Below are positions 55,753-63,304 of a stretch of DNA of 64,000 bases, in pieces. Origin of the DNA: Candidatus Omnitrophota bacterium (lineage in GTDB: Bacteria; Omnitrophota; Gorgyraeia; Duberdicusellales; 4484-171); NCBI GenBank assembly GCA_024542985.1, contig JAMXCX010000001.1:3137-67136 (forward strand), written 5' to 3'. Position 1 is the stretch's first letter; each line of letters starts with the position of its first letter. The notes under the pieces are model-generated. The model was not told the DNA's origin. It did no database searches and was given only the letters and a program-made list of their open reading frames with translations. A program made the position numbers and the translations under genes.

Positions 55753-55818
55753 GAGCTACCCCCGCAATTATAGCTTTAAGCTACAAGCGGTAAGCTGTAA
55801 GCTTTAAGTTGTAAAGAA
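55753..55818 (-). pseudogene. Duplicated 5' fragment of tRNA-Gly with its heptamer-repeat leader
   Basis: GAGCTACCCCCGCA at 55753-55766 is identical to 55567-55580. Both copies are followed by TAAGCTA/TAAGCTT/TAAGTTG heptamers. Confidence 0.7.
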
Positions 55819-55909
55819 CAAATACAGAAAATTAGTACTTATTTTTTCAATGATATAATATTTATTGCGAATCAATTCTACTATCGATTATTAACAATCA
55901 GCGACTATG

Positions 55910-55991
55910 TGCGGACGGGGAGAGTTGAACTCCCACCTCTTACGAGACTAGATCCTAAGTCTAGCGCGTCTGCCAATTCCGCCACGTCCGC
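55910..55991 (-). tRNA. tRNA-Leu (TAG)
   Basis: GCGGACGTGGCGGAATTGGCAGACGCGCTAGACTTAGGATCTAG...GTTCAACTCTCCCCGTCCGCA, long variable arm; CCA not encoded. Confidence 0.95.
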
Positions 55992-56041
55992 TAATATACA
56001 GACGCTGGCTTTAATATCTTATCTTTGCACTGAAATAATCG

Positions 56042-56115
56042 TGAGCCGCCCCAGGATCGAACTGGGGACAGCCGCCTTAAAAGGGCGGTGCTCTACCAAA
56101 CTGAGCTAGCGGCCC
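56042..56115 (-). tRNA. tRNA-Lys (TTT)
   Basis: GGGCCGCTAGCTCAGTTTGGTAGAGCACCGCCCTTTTAAGGCGG...GTTCGATCCTGGGGCGGCTCA; CCA not encoded. Confidence 0.95.
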
Positions 56116-56149
56116 GCAGTGCGTTATCCTTTGATTACAAAATAAAAGA

Positions 56150-56710
56150 TCAAAACTCTTTAAGCTCTCTCTCTTTGTCTTCCAAAATCTTATCTATACT
56201 TTTTATGCAGCTATCAGTTAGTTTCTGCAATACATCTTCTGACTTAAATCTATCGTCTTCAGTAATCTTTTTGCTCTTCTCTAAGCTTTTTATTTCTTCC
56301 TTCCCATCTCTTCTCACTGTTCTAATAGATACTTTGCCTTCCTCAACTATTCTTTTAACTATTTTTATCAATTCTTGCCTACGCTCCTGCGATAAAGGCG
56401 GCACTATTAACCTTATGATTTTTCCATCGTTAACCGGAGTAATTCCTAGATCCGATTGCAAAATAGCCTTCTCGATTTCCTTAGAAGAAGAAGGATCATA
56501 AGGGCTTATCACAATCATTCTTGCTTCAGGTATTCCTATGGTTGCAATTTCTTTAAGCAATGTCAGTGTCTCGTAGTAATTTACCTTAATCCCTTCGACC
56601 ATTTTAGTATTGGCTCTACCTGAACGTAACTCGGCTAGTTCTCGCTTAGTAGCCTCTATCGCTTTCTTCATATCCCTTTCTATTTCTTTTAAAATTTCTT
56701 TTGTCAGCAT
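56150..56710 (-). CDS. frr: Ribosome recycling factor
   Basis: LRSGRA, SDLGITP.NDG..IR..PPL..ERR; start likely ATG 56710. Confidence 0.95.
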   Translation of the reverse strand: MLTKEILKEIERDMKKAIEATKRELAELRSGRANTKMVEGIKVNYYETLTLLKEIATIGIPEARMIVISPYDPSSSKEIEKAILQSDLGITPVNDGKIIRLIVPPLSQERRQELIKIVKRIVEEGKVSIRTVRRDGKEEIKSLEKSKKITEDDRFKSEDVLQKLTDSCIKSIDKILEDKERELKEF

Positions 56711-56724
56711 AATAGGAGACTTTT

Positions 56725-57453
56725 TTACCTGATAATAGTTCCAATTTTCTGGCCACAAACTACTTTTTTTAGATTACCTTTCTGCATAAAATTAAATACA
56801 ATTATCGGCAGTTTATTTTCCATACACAAGCTAATAGCTGTAGTATCCATTATCCGCAAGCCTTTATTAATCACCTGCATATAGTTTAATTCTTTAAACA
56901 TCTTTGCCTTCCTGTTTCTAAGAGGGTCGCACGAATAGACTCCATCTACTTTTGTGCCTTTGAACAATGCATCGACCCCTATCTCTACACTTCTTAAAGC
57001 TGCCGCCGTATCAGTAGTAAAATAAGGATTGCCGGTTCCGGCAACAAATATCACTACTCTTTTTTTCTCCAGATGCCGCACAGCTCTTAGGCGAATATAA
57101 GGCTCAGCTATCCTTTCCATCTCAATTGCAGTCATAACCCGGCTGGGAATACCCTGATTTTCTAAAGCATTTTGCAAAGCAAGACCATTTAAAACAGTGG
57201 CTAACATTCCCATGTAATCGGCAACTGTCCTTTGCATCTGGAGTTCGCTAGATTTAGAAACCCCTCTAAATATATTACCGCCTCCAACTACCAGAGATAT
57301 TTCTACTCCTAAATTCACTATCTCTTTAATTTGTTTAGCCAAATGCGCACAGACGGAAGTATCAATACCGTGAGAATATCTGCCGGAGAAAGCTTCTCCG
57401 CTTAGTTTAAGAAGAATTCTCTTATACTTAGCACTTGTCTTTTTGGTCTTCAT
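56725..57453 (-). CDS. pyrH: Uridylate kinase
   Basis: LKLSGEA, GGGNIFRG, DYMGMLAT, GNPYFTTD. Confidence 0.97.
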   Translation of the reverse strand: MKTKKTSAKYKRILLKLSGEAFSGRYSHGIDTSVCAHLAKQIKEIVNLGVEISLVVGGGNIFRGVSKSSELQMQRTVADYMGMLATVLNGLALQNALENQGIPSRVMTAIEMERIAEPYIRLRAVRHLEKKRVVIFVAGTGNPYFTTDTAAALRSVEIGVDALFKGTKVDGVYSCDPLRNRKAKMFKELNYMQVINKGLRIMDTTAISLCMENKLPIIVFNFMQKGNLKKVVCGQKIGTIIR

Positions 57454-57973
57454 CTTTTTCTCCTAATGAAAAACGTATAAACCTTTTGATTACAACGTTT
57501 TCGCCAGTTTGAGACACAATATCTCTTAAGTATTCTCCAACGGAAATTTTATTATTTTTTATAAAAGGCTGTTCCAAAAGACAATGCTGCTTTACATACT
57601 CATTTGGATTTTTGACATCTTTTAAAAAATCAGAAGGAATGTTCTCTTTCTTTATATACTCAGGGTTACTCGCTGCTACCTGCATAGCCATATCCTTAAC
57701 AAATTTCTTAAATATTTCTGTGCGTCCGACAAAATCAGTTTCGCAATTTACCTCAATTAGCACTCCTAGATTACCCCTAAAATGTACATAAGAATCTATC
57801 AAGCCCTCATGAGCTGCTCTTGCGCTCTTTTTCTCAAGCATTCTTATTCCTCTCTTTTTCAATATTTTTAGAGCCTCGTTGAAATCACCCTCAGATTCAC
57901 TTAAAGCTTTTTTACAATCATTAACACCTAGAGATGTCAACTCTCTCAACTTCTTAATGTCAGTCAAGCCCAC
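57428..57973 (-). CDS. tsf: Elongation factor Ts, short form
   Basis: IKKLRE.T..G..DCKKAL, EVNCETDFV, LLEQPFIK; GTG 57973 follows an AAGGAGG SD. Confidence 0.95.
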   Translation of the reverse strand: MGLTDIKKLRELTSLGVNDCKKALSESEGDFNEALKILKKRGIRMLEKKSARAAHEGLIDSYVHFRGNLGVLIEVNCETDFVGRTEIFKKFVKDMAMQVAASNPEYIKKENIPSDFLKDVKNPNEYVKQHCLLEQPFIKNNKISVGEYLRDIVSQTGENVVIKRFIRFSLGEKDEDQKDKC

Positions 57974-58021
57974 CTTATTCCTCCTTTTCATGGTAACTTT
58001 TCAAAACTTCTATTCTTTAGC

Positions 58022-58813
58022 CTAGGCATCTACTACTTTATCGCCTTTTGGGTGTAGATTTTCTGCTGCTTTTGGTTCAGAATCTGCTGCATCAGCTACC
58101 AACGTCTTATCTTTTACGGTATCTTTAGTCTTTTTCAGACCTTCTTCAATGGCCTCAATAAGACACGAAGTTATATATTTTACTGATTTTATGGAATCAT
58201 CATTACCTGGTATTGGGTAATCAATAATCTCAGGGTCAGCGTCAGTATCAATTAAAGCTACTATAGGTATGTCTAGCTTACGCACTTCTCTTACGCAGGA
58301 AGTTTCCTTTTTAGGATCAACAACATAAACACAATCAGGTAAAGTCTCTAATGAAGTCACTCCGCTGTAGCTCTTTTCCATTCTTTCTAATTGACGGTTT
58401 AATTTCACCACCTCTTTCTTTATCATTTTATCAAATCCACCCGTATCTCTTTTCTTTACAAGCTCTATATATTTATTTACCCTGCTTCTTACGGTAGCAA
58501 AATTGGTAAGTAACCCCCCGACCCATCTCTCGGTTACATAAGGCATATCACAAGAAGAAGCCATCTCCTTAATCAACCCCCTAAGCTGTTTTTTAGTAGC
58601 AACAAAAAGAATCTTTCCTCCTGTTTGAGCTTGCTGCTTTAAGAAATCTTTCGCTTCCTGGATTTTTTGGGCCGTTTTCTCCAAATCGATTATATATACA
58701 TTCTTTTTTTTGCCAAAAATAAACCCTTTCATTTTGGGATTCCAGTGTTTACTCAAGTGGCCAAAATGAACGCCACTTTCTAATAATCCTTTAATTATTT
58801 CCGGTAAAGCCAT
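58022..58813 (-). CDS. rpsB: 30S ribosomal protein S2
   Basis: LLESGVHFGH...WNPKM, RWVGGLLTN, DTDADP, PGNDD; ATG 58813 follows AAGGAGG. Confidence 0.97.
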   Translation of the reverse strand: MALPEIIKGLLESGVHFGHLSKHWNPKMKGFIFGKKKNVYIIDLEKTAQKIQEAKDFLKQQAQTGGKILFVATKKQLRGLIKEMASSCDMPYVTERWVGGLLTNFATVRSRVNKYIELVKKRDTGGFDKMIKKEVVKLNRQLERMEKSYSGVTSLETLPDCVYVVDPKKETSCVREVRKLDIPIVALIDTDADPEIIDYPIPGNDDSIKSVKYITSCLIEAIEEGLKKTKDTVKDKTLVADAADSEPKAAENLHPKGDKVVDA

Positions 58814-58853
58814 AGTACTTTTCCTCCTTACAATGCTGATACTCAGCACAAGT

Positions 58854-59034
58854 TTCAACTACACAGTTTTTCTTCGCTGTTGGCTCGAAAAACTATAAGT
58901 CTCATTGAGCCCTGCGACGCTACTCGCGTCCCAGGATTAATTCAACTAAACACTTTTGGGCGCTTCGCTTCAAAAGTGTAAGTTTCATTGAACCCTTGGG
59001 GTTAAAACCCTAAGGGTTTCCTGCGTCGGGATAA
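58854..59034 (+). repeat. Chain of palindromic modules in the rpsB upstream region
   Basis: Two TTCAACTA-hairpin-AAGTYTCATTGA modules (58854-58909, 58934-58992), a linker hairpin (58911-58935), and a TAAA-loop hairpin ending in GCGTCGGGATAA (58991-59034). Confidence 0.8.
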
Positions 59035-59096
59035 GACTAAAAATACAGTAAAATCACTAGTATTTAGACAACTGCTTAATCTCCAATTAGACAGAA

Positions 59097-59124
59097 AGTA
59101 TATCATATTTTCTAATATTTTCAA
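59097..59124 (-). promoter_or_regulatory. Predicted rpsB-tsf promoter
   Basis: TTGAAA-16 nt-TATACT with a TG extended -10. Confidence 0.6.
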
Positions 59125-59167
59125 CAATATATTATCTATAGATTTCTCGATATAAAATCAGGAGTAT

Positions 59168-60985
59168 CTATTCAGAAAATTGTAAATCGTAGAACTTTTT
59201 ATATAAACTATTTGCTTTTAATAATTGCTGATGTGTTCCTACCTCAGCAATTCTACCTTTATCCAAAACGGCTATTCTATCGGCCTTTTGGATAGTGGAA
59301 AGCCGGTGGGCAATAACAAAAGAAGTTTTTCCTTCCATTAAGGCATAAAGAGCATCCTTTATTAATTGCTCGGATACAGAATCAAGATGGCTAGTTGCCT
59401 CATCTAAAATCAAAATAGGCGCGTCTTTTAAAATCGCCCGGGCAATAGCAATTCTTTGTTTCTGGCCTCCGGACAATCTAAAGCCTCTGTCACCTACAAT
59501 TGTATTGAAATTTTCCGGCAATTTCATAATAAACTCATAGGCATGAGCTTTTTTGGCTGCTTCGATAATTTCAGAAGATGAAGCTCCCTCTTTCCCGTAA
59601 GCGATATTATCTTTTATGGTCGTATTAAAAAGAACAGTCTCTTGAGAAACAATTGAGATTAGGGAACGCAGGTCTTTTAATTTAACTTCTTTTATATCTA
59701 AACTATCTATACAAATTGTTCCCTTCTGCGGGTCATAAAATCTCAGCAATAATCCCACCAGGGTAGTTTTACCTGCCCCAGAATGCCCAACCAAAGCCAG
59801 CACTTCTCCCTTTTTTACCTCTAAATTAATATCTTCCAATATATAGCCATCTTCCTGGTTATACTCAAAACTAATTCCCTTAAAGGCAATTTGAGCACGC
59901 AGTTGCTTTAATCCTTTAGCTTCCCCTGCGTCTTTTATTGTAGGCTTTTGTTCTAGAATTTCATAAATCCGTGCAGATGCTGCTAGAGCTTTTTGGTTAA
60001 TGGCATGGACATTGGCTAATTTCTTTAAAGGACGTATCATAGACAAAAGAAAAATAAGAAATGTAGCAAAAACACCAAAAGAAAGCTTACCCGCAAGTAA
60101 CTCCGAGGATATTATGCACATGACTGCTATACCTCCTGCAATACCAAAAAATTCAGTCAAAGGTGATAATAGAAGGATTCTCTTAGTGCTTTTCAAAGTG
60201 AATTTATAATAATCCTGATTGATATTTTTAAATCTCTCCATTTCATAACTCTCACGGCAAAAAGCCTTTACAACATGTGCACCCTGGATGGTCTCTTGCA
60301 TTTGGGAATTTAAATCCGCTATTTTCTTTTGCACCTCTACGCTGAATTTTTTAACTCGCTTGCCTATCCTTGCAACCGGAATCATTATCGGCGGAAAAAT
60401 AAAAAAAATAACCAAGGGTAATTTCCAAGATATCTGAAAACCAATCCAAAGAGCCATAAAAACAAAAAATACCAATTTCATTGACTCAAAAATAAAATCC
60501 CTAAGGGCGTAAGAAATTGCATTGGTAATTATAGCAACATCATTGGTAACGCGGGACATTAATTCTCCCACCCTTTGTTTACCGTAAAAATCCAGGGATA
60601 AATCCTGTAATTTAGCATATAATTTATTTCTTACATCCTTTACTACACCTTCACCGACAACATTCATGAGGTAACCCTGCAAGAAGATGAATAGCCCTTT
60701 AACCAGAAACAAAATCGGCAGAAATACAACCATGTACTTAAAAAACACTGCCGGTTCTATTGAATTTAATTTCTCAACAATATCAGCTAAAAATTGAGGT
60801 AATTGACCGGGAATAACTATCGGTTTGTTGGTAAACACTCTATCGGTTAGAGGCCCCATCATGCCTAAGCTTATCCCCTCAAAGATAGTAGATGCCCCCA
60901 TGCAAAGAGCTGCCACAGCCAGGGTTTTGATATAAGACCTTGCAAACTTAAGCAATTTAAAGTATTCTTTCAGGTGTTTTTTCAT
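59168..60985 (-). CDS. msbA: MsbA-like ABC exporter (fused TMD-NBD)
   Basis: GELMSRVTND, GHSGAGKTT, LSGGQKQR, LDEATS; divergent from lpxB; start likely ATG 60985. Confidence 0.75.
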   Translation of the reverse strand: MKKHLKEYFKLLKFARSYIKTLAVAALCMGASTIFEGISLGMMGPLTDRVFTNKPIVIPGQLPQFLADIVEKLNSIEPAVFFKYMVVFLPILFLVKGLFIFLQGYLMNVVGEGVVKDVRNKLYAKLQDLSLDFYGKQRVGELMSRVTNDVAIITNAISYALRDFIFESMKLVFFVFMALWIGFQISWKLPLVIFFIFPPIMIPVARIGKRVKKFSVEVQKKIADLNSQMQETIQGAHVVKAFCRESYEMERFKNINQDYYKFTLKSTKRILLLSPLTEFFGIAGGIAVMCIISSELLAGKLSFGVFATFLIFLLSMIRPLKKLANVHAINQKALAASARIYEILEQKPTIKDAGEAKGLKQLRAQIAFKGISFEYNQEDGYILEDINLEVKKGEVLALVGHSGAGKTTLVGLLLRFYDPQKGTICIDSLDIKEVKLKDLRSLISIVSQETVLFNTTIKDNIAYGKEGASSSEIIEAAKKAHAYEFIMKLPENFNTIVGDRGFRLSGGQKQRIAIARAILKDAPILILDEATSHLDSVSEQLIKDALYALMEGKTSFVIAHRLSTIQKADRIAVLDKGRIAEVGTHQQLLKANSLYKKFYDLQFSE

Positions 60986-61000
60986 GGTTAAAATCAAGGA

Positions 61001-61044
61001 ATTTTACCACACCGATTGACTTTTCACAAGAGATTTGATACAAT
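61001..61044. promoter_or_regulatory. Overlapping divergent sigma70 promoters
   Basis: Plus strand TTGACT(61016)-17-TACAAT(61039). Minus strand TTGTGA(61029)-17-TAAAAT(61006). Both have TG extensions. Confidence 0.6.
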
Positions 61045-61100
61045 CAGCAAACAGAAAACAACGGACAGATCGCTAATTTCTGACATCTGACTCTTGAAAT

Positions 61101-61223
61101 GGAGCCCCACCCGGGCTAAAGCCCGGGGTTCCCTTAGGGGCGCAATCCCTGCCTACCGGCAGGCAGGCCCGACCCGCCTCCATTCTCGGTCTAAAGGCCG
61201 AGGTTTTGTGGCGTCGGGATAAA
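61101..61223 (+). mobile_element. Non-autonomous palindromic element with IS200/IS605-like TAAA-loop hairpins and a nested CCTGCCT palindrome
   Basis: CCCGGGC-TAAA-GCCCGGG (61110-61127), CCTGCCTACCGGCAGGCAGG (61148-61167), CTCGGTC-TAAA-GGCCGAG (61185-61202), tail GCGTCGGGATAA shared with 59023-59034. Confidence 0.55.
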
Positions 61224-61227
61224 CGAT

Positions 61228-62130
61228 ATGAAAGCAGGAATAATAGGTATAGGAAAATTAGGAAGCATACACTTACGTATCTATAAGGAGCTCAAGGAAA
61301 TAAGTAAAATATACCTTGTAGATATAGATAAAAAAAAATTAGCTGCCCACAATTATTTGGCTACCTTTAATGATTACAAGCAATTAAAGGACAAGGTTAA
61401 TCTTGTAAGCATTGCTACCCCTACACCTAGCCATTTTAAAATTGCTAAGTTCTTCCTTGAGAATAAAATTCCCGTGCTGGTAGAAAAACCTCTTACCCAG
61501 AATGCAAAAGAAGCAGAAAAACTAGTAGAGATATCCCGAAAACACAAAACCCTCCTTTTTGTCGGGCATGTTGAAAGATACAATAATGCCTATCTGGCAA
61601 TAAAAAAAATTATTACTACTCCTCTATTTATAGAATGTCATCGCCTAAGCCTATATCCTCATAGATCATTAGATACCAGTGTTGTACTTGATTTAATGAT
61701 TCATGACTTAGATATAATTCTTGATCTTCTAAAAGATAAAGTAAAAAAAGTAGAGGCAAAAGGAGTAAAGGTGCTTTCACCTTCTCAAGACATAGCTAAT
61801 GCCCGCATAACTTTTTCAAAAGGCTGCGTTGCCAATATAACATCCTCGCGGATATCAACAAAGAAAGAAAGAAAAATCCGAATATTTATGCCGAATCTCT
61901 ATATTTCTCTGGATTACGCCCAGCAAACAGTAGAAATTTATAGAAAAATAAAGAAAAAGATAATAAAAAAAATTCTCACCATAAACAAAGAAGAACCTCT
62001 AAAAAAAGAAATAGCCGCTTTTGTGAATTTGGTCAAGACAAAGAGCTTTTCTTTGGAATATGCTGATAAAGCGAAGGATGCTTTAAAGCTTGCGCTAAAA
62101 ATACAAAAAATCATTGAAAACAGCGGCTAA
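61228..62130 (+). CDS. Gfo/Idh/MocA oxidoreductase, GnnA-like (candidate UDP-GlcNAc 3-dehydrogenase)
   Basis: GIGKLG, ATPT..H, VEKP, VGHVERYN, DLMIHDLD; immediately upstream of lpxB. Confidence 0.8.
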   Translation: MKAGIIGIGKLGSIHLRIYKELKEISKIYLVDIDKKKLAAHNYLATFNDYKQLKDKVNLVSIATPTPSHFKIAKFFLENKIPVLVEKPLTQNAKEAEKLVEISRKHKTLLFVGHVERYNNAYLAIKKIITTPLFIECHRLSLYPHRSLDTSVVLDLMIHDLDIILDLLKDKVKKVEAKGVKVLSPSQDIANARITFSKGCVANITSSRISTKKERKIRIFMPNLYISLDYAQQTVEIYRKIKKKIIKKILTINKEEPLKKEIAAFVNLVKTKSFSLEYADKAKDALKLALKIQKIIENSG

Positions 62131-62183
62131 GAAGCTTAAAACTTCTACCCTTCCAAGAAAATAGAACAAAAACTTTAAACGAG

Positions 62184-63284
62184 ATGAAAAAGATAATTAT
62201 TGTAGCCGGAGAACCTTCAGGCGATTTATACGGAAGCCTATTAGCAGAAAAATTAAAAACTAAATTCCCCTCTTTAGATATTTTCTCTTTTGGCGGACCA
62301 AAACTAGCCAAACACTCTAAACAGTTAATTAATCTTCTTAATTACTCGGTTTCAGGAATAATAGAAGTACTCTCACACTTAAGGAGAATACTCAAAGTTT
62401 TTAAAGGAGTCCTACAATATATCCACGATATAAAACCCGACTTAATAATACTTATTGATTTTCCTGACTTCAATTTACGGCTGGCAAAAACGCTCAACAA
62501 AAAATTTCCTATTTTTTACTATGTAAGCCCTCAAGTCTGGGCCTGGAGAAAAAAAAGAATAAGTTTAATTAAACAACTCGTAGAAAAAATAATTGTGATT
62601 TTTAAGTTTGAAGAAAAATTCTATCAAAATGAAGGCATAAATGCTCTTTACTTCGGACATCCTTTGTTGGATGTAATTAAAAAACAGGGTATTAATACAA
62701 AAAAAATAATATCTTTACTACCCGGTTCACGGAAAAACGAAATACAAAAACACTTACTTTTAATGCAGCAAACAAAAACAATTTTACAGAAAGAGTTACC
62801 TGGCTATTCTTTTCGGATATTAAAACCACAAAATATAGAAAAAACTTTTTATGAAGAATTTCCTCTGGACACAGATATAGAAATAACAGACTATTCTTAC
62901 CAAGCAATTGAAGAATCAAAATTTATTATCGCCTCTTCAGGAACAGCAACCGTAGAAATTGCCATATTAGAAATTCCTTATATAATCATATACAAAGTTA
63001 ATCCTATAAGCTGGTATATCCTAAAAAGGTTAGTAAAAACAGACTACATTGGTATGGTTAATATTCTGCAGTCGAGGAAAGTAGTCACTGAATTGCTGCA
63101 AACTCAAGCAACACCTGACAATATCGCTAAGGCCTCTCTAAGGTACCTAAAAAATCCTCAAGAGTATTCGCAATTAAAATCCGCTTTAGGCAAAACCAAA
63201 GAAATACTTTCTCCTTACGGAGCAACAGAAAAATTCACTGATTTTATAGCTCAATATTTAGAACTTAAAAATTCCCAAAAGTGA
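62184..63284 (+). CDS. lpxB: Lipid-A-disaccharide synthase
   Basis: AGEPSGD, IDFPDFN, YVSPQVWAWR, GHPL, LPGSR, SGTAT.E. Confidence 0.95.
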   Translation: MKKIIIVAGEPSGDLYGSLLAEKLKTKFPSLDIFSFGGPKLAKHSKQLINLLNYSVSGIIEVLSHLRRILKVFKGVLQYIHDIKPDLIILIDFPDFNLRLAKTLNKKFPIFYYVSPQVWAWRKKRISLIKQLVEKIIVIFKFEEKFYQNEGINALYFGHPLLDVIKKQGINTKKIISLLPGSRKNEIQKHLLLMQQTKTILQKELPGYSFRILKPQNIEKTFYEEFPLDTDIEITDYSYQAIEESKFIIASSGTATVEIAILEIPYIIIYKVNPISWYILKRLVKTDYIGMVNILQSRKVVTELLQTQATPDNIAKASLRYLKNPQEYSQLKSALGKTKEILSPYGATEKFTDFIAQYLELKNSQK

Positions 63285-63304
63285 TCCTGGCCGAAAGTTA
63301 TCCT

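Noticed and set aside
55584-55818. CRISPR array interpretation of the repeats near the tRNAs and at 58854-58992
   Set aside because: There is no regular repeat-spacer periodicity, the intervening sequences are hairpins, there are at most two adjacent copies, and no cas genes are present.
55909-56109. 66-aa plus-strand ORF
   Set aside because: It is the antisense reading of tRNA-Leu and tRNA-Lys.
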